DNA of 63,773 bases, counting the filler. It is 3 parts of 3 records of this genome, joined end to end, with 100 filler letters (N's around TTAATTAATTAA, not from the genome) between each part and the next. Parts side by side here need not be neighbours in the genome. Positions count along the whole stretch, not along the records: positions 1 to 20,799 come from DRR723986_9131; 2 more parts are not named here. One strand, written 5' to 3'. Positions 10,008 to 17,827 of the stretch are shown here, in pieces. A program made the position numbers and the translations under genes. The notes under the pieces were generated by a model. The model did not search any database. It was not told the origin of the DNA and saw only the letters and a list, made by a program, of their open reading frames with translations. How positions within the stretch are numbered: the stretch's first letter is position 1; the number at the start of each line of letters is the position of its first letter.

Positions 10008-10846
10008 CAGTGCTCCTCGCCTCCCATGGCTTCCGACAGCATGGCGGAGACTTCCGCGCAGGCCTGCCTGTACTCCTCGGAGGTACGGTACTGCGCATCC
10101 CGCTCCAGGCTGGTGTGCAGGGGAAAGTCCGAGTGCACGCGGCCGGGCCGGGCTTTCATCACCACGATCCGGTTTGCCAGATAGGCGGATTCATAGACGG
10201 AATGGGTCACGAAGATCACCGTGATGCCGGTCGCCTTCCAGAGCGCCAGCACATCGTCATTCAGCTTTTGGCGCGTGATCTCGTCAAGGGCCGCGAAAGG
10301 TTCGTCCATCAACAGCAGCTTGGGCTCGGTTACCAGCGCACGCGCGATGGAGACACGCATCTTCATGCCGCCGGAAAGTTCGCGCGGATAGGCATCGGCG
10401 AAGTCCTTCAGGCCTACGCTTTCCAGCGCGGTCATGATCCGTTCCGATGCCGCTTTCTTCGAGACGCCCTTGAGGCGCAGGGGAAGGTAGACGTTGCCGA
10501 AGACGGTTTGCCAGGGCATCAGCGTCGGTTCCTGAAACACGAAGCTGATGTCGCCGTCAGGCAGCCCTCTGGAGTTGATGCGAAAACTCGGCCAGTCGAT
10601 TTCGCCTTCCGATACGCCGCCAAGGCCGGCGATGATCCTGAGCGCGGTCGACTTGCCGCAACCGGACGGCCCCAGCAAACTTATGAACTCTCCGGGCCGG
10701 ACCGTCATGGACATGCCGGACAGGGCCAGCGTCCCGTTGGAGAATACCTTCGAAACATTATCCATCGCCACCAGCGGGCGGGACGATTTCACACTGCGGG
10801 CCGACGGCGTCTTCGTTTCTGCGCTGCCCTGTTCGGCGATGACCAT
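10007..10846 (-). CDS. ABC transporter ATP-binding protein (SsuB/TauB type)
   Basis: GPSGCGKST, LSGGMKMR, LLLMDEPF, VTH. Start uncertain (10846 or 10912). Confidence 0.93.
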   Translation of the reverse strand: MVIAEQGSAETKTPSARSVKSSRPLVAMDNVSKVFSNGTLALSGMSMTVRPGEFISLLGPSGCGKSTALRIIAGLGGVSEGEIDWPSFRINSRGLPDGDISFVFQEPTLMPWQTVFGNVYLPLRLKGVSKKAASERIMTALESVGLKDFADAYPRELSGGMKMRVSIARALVTEPKLLLMDEPFAALDEITRQKLNDDVLALWKATGITVIFVTHSVYESAYLANRIVVMKARPGRVHSDFPLHTSLERDAQYRTSEEYRQACAEVSAMLSEAMGGEEH

Positions 10847-10919
10847 GCTCAACTCTGCATCTGGAGGCGGCCGCTTCGCACGCCGCGGCGCGAAGCGGAA
10901 TGTATTTGCCAAACCGGCC

Positions 10920-11930
10920 TTACTTCTTCAGGTCGAGGCCGACGCCCTTGCAGACGAAGTCCGTGGTGTAGGACTGCTTGTAGTCAAGAGAGGCATCCAC
11001 GACGGCGATCGAGGCCAGCGTATCGAAGAACGCCTTGAAATGCTCGTCGGTCATGCAACCGATGCCCTTTTCTTCCGTGTCGCCGGAATCCACGATGCCG
11101 TATTCCTTCATCTTCGCAAGGGAATAGGCGAGCTGACCGTCGGTCATTTCCGGGTTGTCTTTCTTGATCAACTCGTTTGCCGCGGCGTTGTCGCCGTAGA
11201 GGTAATTGTACCAGCCCTCGATGGAAGCATCGACGAAACGCTGTACCAGATCCGGGTTTTCCTCGACCAGCGCCTTGGAAGTGGTGATCATGGTCGAGTA
11301 GGGCGTCCAGCCTTCATCAGCCAGAAGGAACACTTTCGGCGCCCAACCCGCCTGGTTTTCGATTTCATACGGCTCGGAGGTCAGGTAGCCCTGCTGCGCG
11401 GACTTGGGATCGACGATGAAAGGAGCCGGGTTGAAGGTGTAGGGCTTGAACTGGGCGTCGGAGAAGCCCTCGAAGTTCTTCTTCATCCACTCGAAATAGG
11501 TGACGTAGCCGTCCTTGCCCATGTAGATGGTTTCAAGCTTGGCAAGGTCGGTGAACTTGTCGATGCCCTGATCGGGATGCGCCACGAGGATCTGCGGATC
11601 CTTCTGGAAGATGCTGGCGACGTTGATCAGCGGAATGCCTTCCTTGACGTAGTCGAAGCCCTTCAGCGTCCCGCCCATGTAAAAATCGATCTTGCCGGAG
11701 ATCAGCAGCGCATCGTTGGCAGCCTGCGGGCCGCCCGGCGCGATCGTGACCTTCAGGCCGTATTTCTCGTAGGTGCCGTCGGCAACGGCCTGGTAAAACC
11801 CGCCGTGTTCCGCCTGCGCGAGCCAGTTGGTGCCGTAGCTCACCTCATCCAGCGCCAATGCCTGGTGAGTGGCGGTTCCGGTGAGAAGAACCGCTGCGAG
11901 AAGCGTCTTCGCAGATGGGAAAACTGTCAT
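10920..11930 (-). CDS. ABC substrate-binding protein, NMT1/THI5-like
   Basis: Signal peptide. TNWLAQAEHGGFYQAVADG, GGPQ, QGYLTSEP. Confidence 0.9.
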   Translation of the reverse strand: MTVFPSAKTLLAAVLLTGTATHQALALDEVSYGTNWLAQAEHGGFYQAVADGTYEKYGLKVTIAPGGPQAANDALLISGKIDFYMGGTLKGFDYVKEGIPLINVASIFQKDPQILVAHPDQGIDKFTDLAKLETIYMGKDGYVTYFEWMKKNFEGFSDAQFKPYTFNPAPFIVDPKSAQQGYLTSEPYEIENQAGWAPKVFLLADEGWTPYSTMITTSKALVEENPDLVQRFVDASIEGWYNYLYGDNAAANELIKKDNPEMTDGQLAYSLAKMKEYGIVDSGDTEEKGIGCMTDEHFKAFFDTLASIAVVDASLDYKQSYTTDFVCKGVGLDLKK

Positions 11931-12005
11931 TTCGTACCCTCCAGTAAAACAAAACTACCGTGAAACCGCACATTTCCGAAAATATTTGATCCCTTGCAGC
12001 GCACG

Positions 12006-12051
12006 TTGAAAAGCATCAAAATTCGCCTGCAGCGATGCCTTATTGTCATCG
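12006..12051 (-). promoter_or_regulatory. LysR-type binding site / promoter of the SBP operon
   Basis: Palindrome CGATG-CCTTATTGT-CATCG (contains T-N11-A) lies 14 nt from TTGAAAAGCATCA. The same architecture recurs at 13919-13959. Confidence 0.6.
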
Positions 12052-12102
12052 CTACCTTTTCTGACGATCAATTGTGCCGCATGCACAAAAAGGAGGCACT
12101 TC

Positions 12103-13044
12103 TTGGCCCTGCTCCACTCCCGCAAGCTGCTCTACCTGGATGAGATCGCGCGTTGCGGCTCCATTCGGAAGGCGGCTGATCGGCTGAATGTGTCGTCCTC
12201 CGCCATCAACCGGCAAATCCTTGCCCTGGAAGAGGAATTCGGCGTGCCGCTGTTCGAACGCTTGCCGCGCGGGCTGCGGCTCACCGCGGCTGGAGAGCTG
12301 TGCGTTGAACACATCCGGGGCGTTCTGAAAGACTATGCCAGGCTAGAGACCCGGATCCGGGCGCTGAAAATGCCGCAGGCCGGCCAGGTCTCGCTGGTGA
12401 CGACCGTCGGCCTCGCGTCGGGACCGCTGTCGGAAATCATCGCGAAATTCATCGAGAAGAACCCGCGCGTTCACATCAAGCTGCGCAGTGACGGCGGCAC
12501 GACGACGATCAATCCGGTCCTGACAGGCGAAGTCGACATCGGTCTCGGCTTCAACATTGCCGCAACGCCGGGCCTTCGGACGCTGGCCACCTTCGACATT
12601 CCCATTGGTGCGGTGGTTCCGCCCGGACACAAGCTGGCGCAGGAAACCGGGCCGGTCGATCTCGTGGATGTGGTTCAGGAGCGGCTGGTGCTGGCCCAAT
12701 CGGGAACCAGCCTGCGGGATGTGATCAATCTGGTGCTGTCGTCCGTGCCGATCCCGGTGGAGCCGATCCTGGAAACGAATTCCTCGGAAACGGTTCGCCA
12801 GCTTGTCCGGCGCGGCATCGGCATAAGCCTGCTCAATCCACTGGACGTTCTGGCCGAATGCCGGCGGGGCGAGCTTGTTTTCCGACCGCTGAACGTTGCC
12901 CGGACACACCACCAGCCGATGAAGCTGTTCACGCGGGCACGAGCCTCGATGGACGCAGCAACAAGCCTGTTCGTCGAATTCCTGCTGCAGGAACTCGTTG
13001 CTCAGGTGGAGGAATTGCAGCAGGAAGGCAACCTGCCCGTTTAA
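12103..13044 (+). CDS. LysR-family transcriptional regulator
   Basis: GSIRKAADRLNVSSSAINRQILALEEEFGVPLFER..LTAAG HTH. AGGAGG at 12091-12096 supports the TTG start at 12103. Confidence 0.93.
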   Translation: MALLHSRKLLYLDEIARCGSIRKAADRLNVSSSAINRQILALEEEFGVPLFERLPRGLRLTAAGELCVEHIRGVLKDYARLETRIRALKMPQAGQVSLVTTVGLASGPLSEIIAKFIEKNPRVHIKLRSDGGTTTINPVLTGEVDIGLGFNIAATPGLRTLATFDIPIGAVVPPGHKLAQETGPVDLVDVVQERLVLAQSGTSLRDVINLVLSSVPIPVEPILETNSSETVRQLVRRGIGISLLNPLDVLAECRRGELVFRPLNVARTHHQPMKLFTRARASMDAATSLFVEFLLQELVAQVEELQQEGNLPV

Positions 13045-13057
13045 GATCCGAAGATCG

Positions 13058-13855
13058 TTATGGCTTATACAGGTTGGTCAGCGAATAGGCTGTGAAGTCA
13101 CGCAGCATCTCAATGAAACCGGCGGCCTGATGAGCACTGATCACCGCTCCTTTTTCCGCCGTCCCCTTGGAGGCGTCACCAACGACGCCGGCCGGGTTGA
13201 GATCATGGGCGATCCAGGCCAGGGCATGGGGCGGCGTCGGCTGGATGTATTTGGAGTTTTCCAGCATCTCTTCGGCTTTTGAGATGAAGTTCTCGGCCTT
13301 GTCCATGCGGACCAGTTCAGGCCGGAAATGCAGCATCAAGGATGTTTCGACCTCGCCGCCGTGAATACCGAATTTGGATTCGTGAGCGGAAATCATGCCG
13401 TCCGGATGGCCGAACCGGCCCCAATGCGTCACCAGAACAGCCATTTCGTAACGAACACGAAGTTCGCGCGAGACGATGCTGATGATGTCGGTGTTGCCGC
13501 CATGGGAATTGACGATCACCATCTTGCGAATGCCGGCTTCCGACACTTTCTGGCCAATGGCGGTCCAGACGGGGATCAGCAATTCAGCCCCGAGAGACAA
13601 TGTTCCCGGGCCGTAGACATGTTCGTTAGCCTTGCCGATTTCCTGCACCGGCAACACCAGGATATCGAGATCTTCCGGCAGCTGTTTGCGCGTTTCGGCA
13701 AGCATTCCCTGGGCGATTGCGACATCGGTCGCGATCGGCAGATGCGGGCCATGTTGCTCGGTCGAGGCGGTCGGCAGGATCGCAATGGTCCGCTCGGGAT
13801 CAAGCGCCGCAAAATCCGAGGCATTCAATTCGTTCCAGAAGAAATGCTTGGCCAT
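13058..13855 (-). CDS. Creatininase-family amidohydrolase
   Basis: STEQHGPHLP..TD, NSHGGN, HGGEVETS, GVVGDA motifs. Start MAKHFFW at 13855. Confidence 0.92.
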   Translation of the reverse strand: MAKHFFWNELNASDFAALDPERTIAILPTASTEQHGPHLPIATDVAIAQGMLAETRKQLPEDLDILVLPVQEIGKANEHVYGPGTLSLGAELLIPVWTAIGQKVSEAGIRKMVIVNSHGGNTDIISIVSRELRVRYEMAVLVTHWGRFGHPDGMISAHESKFGIHGGEVETSLMLHFRPELVRMDKAENFISKAEEMLENSKYIQPTPPHALAWIAHDLNPAGVVGDASKGTAEKGAVISAHQAAGFIEMLRDFTAYSLTNLYKP

Positions 13856-13918
13856 CGGCGCTGTCCCAACTCTGTTGCCGTGATGCGTTCCTGTTTGGCG
13901 TAGGCAAGTCGGCGACAC

Positions 13919-13959
13919 TTGAAAAGCATCATTATGTCTTCAGCCCGCTGCCTTTTTGT
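13919..13959 (-). promoter_or_regulatory. Second copy of the LysR-type promoter motif, upstream of the creatininase gene
   Basis: TTGAAAAGCATCA-N14-CGCTGCCTTTTTGT versus TTGAAAAGCATCA-N14-CGATGCCTTATTGT at 12006. Confidence 0.6.
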
Positions 13960-14356
13960 GCGCAGTGGGTTTCAAGCCCTTTGCCGACCCGGAGCGAAAT
14001 ATGGCGACATCCGCCCACCTCCTTGTGCTCAATCGAAAAATAAATTCCATTTCTGTCCACAAACATGTCCACAGGCGCAGGGTTCCGAAAACAGGCTGAA
14101 ACCGGTCATTTTCCCGCTACTGCAAATCCGGAAACCTTTTGTTAGCCATGCGGTTAATGGGAGTTCCCCAAGGAGATGCGCTGCATTCCGGGGTCACTCG
14201 CCCGGCCCGGATGGCGAACGTTTGGGCGCACCTACACCTACCCAGAAGCGAAACGGCCACATTTACACCAAAGATTTGCCTTGTGATGTGCGAGGTAGGA
14301 CGCCGCATTGAGGCTCGGGATGCGGCATTGGGTAAAATGTAAGGTGGGTAACCGAC

Positions 14357-14611
14357 ATGTATCTCCTGTTCTTCATGGGAGCCGTCCTCTATGGCGCCGT
14401 TACGCTGGTGTTTCTGATCCTGTCGTCTGCGGAATTGCTTGATAGCGGACTGAGCACACCAAAGCGGCTGCTGGGAGTTCTGGTCACATCGATCTTGTGG
14501 CCTGCGACTCTTGTTGCAGTCAGTCTTGTGCTCGCGTTCCAGAATGTGGCCGGACGGGTTCAAAGCCCCCGTCAGACAGCGCCCCTGCGCCTGTCACACC
14601 ACTCGCACTAA
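14357..14611 (+). CDS. Small hypothetical membrane protein (2 TM)
   Basis: 84 aa with two hydrophobic stretches (..VLVTSILWPATLVAV..). AAGGTGG upstream. Confidence 0.6.
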   Translation: MYLLFFMGAVLYGAVTLVFLILSSAELLDSGLSTPKRLLGVLVTSILWPATLVAVSLVLAFQNVAGRVQSPRQTAPLRLSHHSH

Positions 14612-14878
14612 CCGGACACGGTTCCGGAACCAACGCTACCAGTTTGCCTGGCGGCCGCTTCAACTCCGGTGCACACAGGTGCGCCGGAGCCCTTTAGCGT
14701 GCATGCGCGTTGATCTGTCCTGTTCTCCCCCGCCAAAACGCCGTGACAGGCAGCTGTCAGGCCGGATTTTGCGCCATGGCGCAAATTTCATCACAGCGCC
14801 TTTTTTGCGTTAAGATGCTGTTTTTCCGGTAATTTTATTGCTGATTTTTTCCCTCAAGTTTTTAATCATTCCAAAAAA

Positions 14879-14900
14879 AATTTGACTAACTGTTCAAATT
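14879..14900. promoter_or_regulatory. RutR/PydR-type operator
   Basis: AAT-TTGACTAACTGTTCAA-ATT has 2 mismatches to the RutR consensus TTGACCANNTGGTCAA and lies ~80 nt upstream of preT. Confidence 0.75.
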
Positions 14901-14981
14901 TTCTTCCAATGCATTCTTGAGCCTCCTCATCAAACGAAGGAAGCCACCTTGAAAACGATCGCCAACCTTCCGGAGATCTCC

Positions 14982-16328
14982 ATGACCCAGACCAAAGCCG
15001 GCCCGGACATTGCCGCCGGGCGCTTGCCTGAGGACGCATACGCTGAGAATTTCAGCGACCTGCACCCGCTGCTCGACCAGCACGAAGCGCAGGTCGAAGC
15101 CGACCGTTGCTACTTCTGCTACGACGCCCCTTGCATGCAGGCATGCCCGACCAGCATCGACATTCCGCAGTTCATTCGCCAGATCTCGACCGGGAACCCG
15201 ACCGGGGCCGCGAAGACCATTTTCGCCCAGAACATTCTGGGCGGCATGTGTGCCCGCGTCTGCCCGACCGAGACACTGTGTGAACAGGTCTGCGTGCGCG
15301 AAGTTGCCGAAGGCAAGCCGGTGAAGATCGGCGAGTTGCAGCGGTATTCGACTGATCACTTCATGTCGGAGTTCAGCTCGACGCCGTTCACGCGCGCTGC
15401 TGCAACCGGCAAGAAGGTTGCCGTCGTCGGCGCCGGACCTGCGGGTCTTTCCTGCGCCCACCGACTGGCGGTGCACGGTCACGACGTCACCCTGTTCGAT
15501 GCCCGCGAAAAAGCCGGCGGCCTCAACGAATACGGTATCGCCTCCTACAAGTCGGTCGACGACTTTGCCGCGCGGGAAGTGGATTTCATCCTGTCCATCG
15601 GCGGTATCGAGGTCCGGACCGGAATGCGCCTCGGCACCAATCTGGATCTTGCGACCCTGCGTGCCGAATATGATGCCGTGTTCCTCGGCATCGGCCTTGG
15701 CGGCGTCAATGCGCTTGGCCTTGAAGGCGAAGACAAGAGCGGCTCGATCGATGCCGTCGACTACATTGCCGACCTGCGTCAGTCGAAGGATCTTTCCAAG
15801 CTTCCGGTTGGCCGGCGCATCGTGGTGATCGGCGGCGGCATGACTGCGGTCGACATTGCGGTCCAGACCAAACTGCTGGGCGCCGAAGACGTCACGATCG
15901 CCTATCGCCGCGGTCAGGACCGGATGAACGCCTCCGAATACGAACAGCAGCTGGCCCAGACCAGCGGCGTCCGGATCATGACCTGGGCCCAGCCGAAGGG
16001 CCTTGTCGGTGAAAACGGTGCGATTACCGCGATTGAACTGGAGCGGACCCAGGAGCAGAATGGTTCCCTGACCGGTACAGGCGAAGTCATCACCCTGCCT
16101 GCGGACATGGTGTTCAAGGCCGTTGGCCAGACCCTGGTGCAAGCGGATCTCGGCGATGCGCTGTCCCTTGAAAAGGGTCGCATCGTGGTTGATGCGGACC
16201 GCAAGACCAGCCTTGCCGATGTATGGGCGGGCGGTGACTGCGTGCTGGGCGGTGAAGACCTCACGGTTGCCGCTGTCGAGGATGGCAAGATTGCCGCCGA
16301 GAGCATTAACGCTGCCCTGACCGCCTGA
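14982..16328 (+). CDS. preT: NAD-dependent dihydropyrimidine dehydrogenase subunit PreT
   Basis: RCYFCYDAPCMQACP, CARVCP..LCEQVC, VVGAGPAGL, VIGGGMTAVD. Followed by preA. Confidence 0.92.
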   Translation: MTQTKAGPDIAAGRLPEDAYAENFSDLHPLLDQHEAQVEADRCYFCYDAPCMQACPTSIDIPQFIRQISTGNPTGAAKTIFAQNILGGMCARVCPTETLCEQVCVREVAEGKPVKIGELQRYSTDHFMSEFSSTPFTRAAATGKKVAVVGAGPAGLSCAHRLAVHGHDVTLFDAREKAGGLNEYGIASYKSVDDFAAREVDFILSIGGIEVRTGMRLGTNLDLATLRAEYDAVFLGIGLGGVNALGLEGEDKSGSIDAVDYIADLRQSKDLSKLPVGRRIVVIGGGMTAVDIAVQTKLLGAEDVTIAYRRGQDRMNASEYEQQLAQTSGVRIMTWAQPKGLVGENGAITAIELERTQEQNGSLTGTGEVITLPADMVFKAVGQTLVQADLGDALSLEKGRIVVDADRKTSLADVWAGGDCVLGGEDLTVAAVEDGKIAAESINAALTA

Positions 16329-16403
16329 GACTTGCGCGCCTGAAACCTGAGCGCCCGACTACAGCTGACGCGCTCGGCGCCACCGATTTGAGGGAGAGCC
16401 ACC

Positions 16404-17717
16404 ATGGCTGACTTGCGTACTGATTTTATCGGCATCAAATCGCCGAACCCGTTCTGGCTGGCATCCGCGCCGCCGACGGACAAGGAATATAACGTCGTCC
16501 GGGCCTTCAAGGCCGGCTGGGGTGGCGTCGTCTGGAAGACGCTTGGGGAAGATCCGGCGGTGGTCAACGTCAACGGTCCGCGCTATGGCGCGATCCATGG
16601 CAAGGACCGGCAGCTGATCGGCCTCAACAACATCGAACTGATCACCGACCGTCCGCTGGAAGTGAACCTGCGCGAGATCAAGCAGGTGAAGCGCGACTGG
16701 CCGGACCGGGCGCTCGTCGTCTCGCTGATGGTGCCTTGCGAGGAGCAGAACTGGATCGACATCCTCCGCCGCGTCGAAGAAACCGAAGCCGACGGTGTCG
16801 AACTGAACTTCGGTTGCCCGCACGGCATGAGCGAACGCGGCATGGGCTCCGCCGTCGGCCAGGTGCCGGAATACATCGAAATGGTCACCCGCTGGGTGAA
16901 GCAGCATTCGCGCATGCCCTGCATCGTGAAGCTGACGCCGAATATCACCGATGTCCGCAAGCCGGCGCAGGCCGCCAAGGCGGGTGGTGCTGATGCTGTT
17001 TCGCTGATCAACACCATCAACTCGATTATGGGTGTCGACCTCGACATCATGTCGCCGTCTCCCTCTGTCGACGGCAAGGGTGCGCACGGCGGTTATTGCG
17101 GCCCGGCCGTAAAGCCGATTGCACTCAACATGGTCGCCGAAATCGCTCGCGACCCGGTGACCCACGGATTGCCGATTTCCGGCATCGGCGGCGTGACCAC
17201 CTGGCGTGACGCGGCCGAGTTCATGGCGCTTGGCGCAGGCTCTGTGCAGGTCTGCACGGCCGCAATGACCTATGGCTTCCGGGTTGTCGAGGACATGATC
17301 GAAGGCCTCAGCGACTGGATGGACACCAAGGGCTATACGTCCGTCGACCAGTTTGTCGGCAGCGCGGTGCCGAATGTGTCCGACTGGCAGTACCTCAACC
17401 TCAACTACATCGCCAAGGCCAAGATCGATCAGGATCTTTGCATCGAATGCGGCCGCTGCCACATCGCCTGTGAGGACACGTCCCACCAGGCAATCACCAA
17501 CATGGTGGACGGCGTTCGCAAGTTCGAGGTGATCGACGAGGAATGCGTCGGCTGCAACCTGTGCGTCAATGTCTGCCCGATCGAAGGCTGCATCACCATG
17601 GAACCCATGGAGGCCGGCAGCATCGATCCGCGCACCAAGAAGCCTGTCGAAAAAGACTACGCCAACTGGACGACGCACCCGAACAACCCGATGGCCGTCA
17701 AGGAAGCAGCCGAATAG
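16404..17717 (+). CDS. preA: NAD-dependent dihydropyrimidine dehydrogenase subunit PreA
   Basis: NPFWLASAPP, NIELITDR, ELNFGCPHGM, KLTPN, and two C-terminal 4Fe-4S motifs (CIECGRCHIAC, CVGCNLCVNVCP). Confidence 0.95.
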   Translation: MADLRTDFIGIKSPNPFWLASAPPTDKEYNVVRAFKAGWGGVVWKTLGEDPAVVNVNGPRYGAIHGKDRQLIGLNNIELITDRPLEVNLREIKQVKRDWPDRALVVSLMVPCEEQNWIDILRRVEETEADGVELNFGCPHGMSERGMGSAVGQVPEYIEMVTRWVKQHSRMPCIVKLTPNITDVRKPAQAAKAGGADAVSLINTINSIMGVDLDIMSPSPSVDGKGAHGGYCGPAVKPIALNMVAEIARDPVTHGLPISGIGGVTTWRDAAEFMALGAGSVQVCTAAMTYGFRVVEDMIEGLSDWMDTKGYTSVDQFVGSAVPNVSDWQYLNLNYIAKAKIDQDLCIECGRCHIACEDTSHQAITNMVDGVRKFEVIDEECVGCNLCVNVCPIEGCITMEPMEAGSIDPRTKKPVEKDYANWTTHPNNPMAVKEAAE

Positions 17718-17740
17718 GCAAAGCTCCGGCGGTCACCTTC

Positions 17741-17776
17741 AACGCGGGCAGGATCCTCCCTTGCCCGCGTTTTTTT
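17741..17776 (+). terminator. Rho-independent terminator of preTA
   Basis: Stem AACGCGGGCA...TGCCCGCGTT followed by a T tract. Confidence 0.85.
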
Positions 17777-17827
17777 GTTCGCTTTTCAGGCTAGGAACCT
17801 TGAAAGGGATTGCCGCAAGCAGGCAGA

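Noticed and set aside
14054-14073. Two TGTCCACA direct repeats resembling DnaA boxes
   Set aside because: Each has two mismatches to TTATCCACA, there are only two copies, and there is no origin-associated gene context.
2201-17678. Long antisense ORFs (2201-3460, 9896-11038, 10548-11963, 14886-16142, 16359-17678)
   Set aside because: They mirror well-supported genes on the opposite strand, as expected in high-GC coding DNA.
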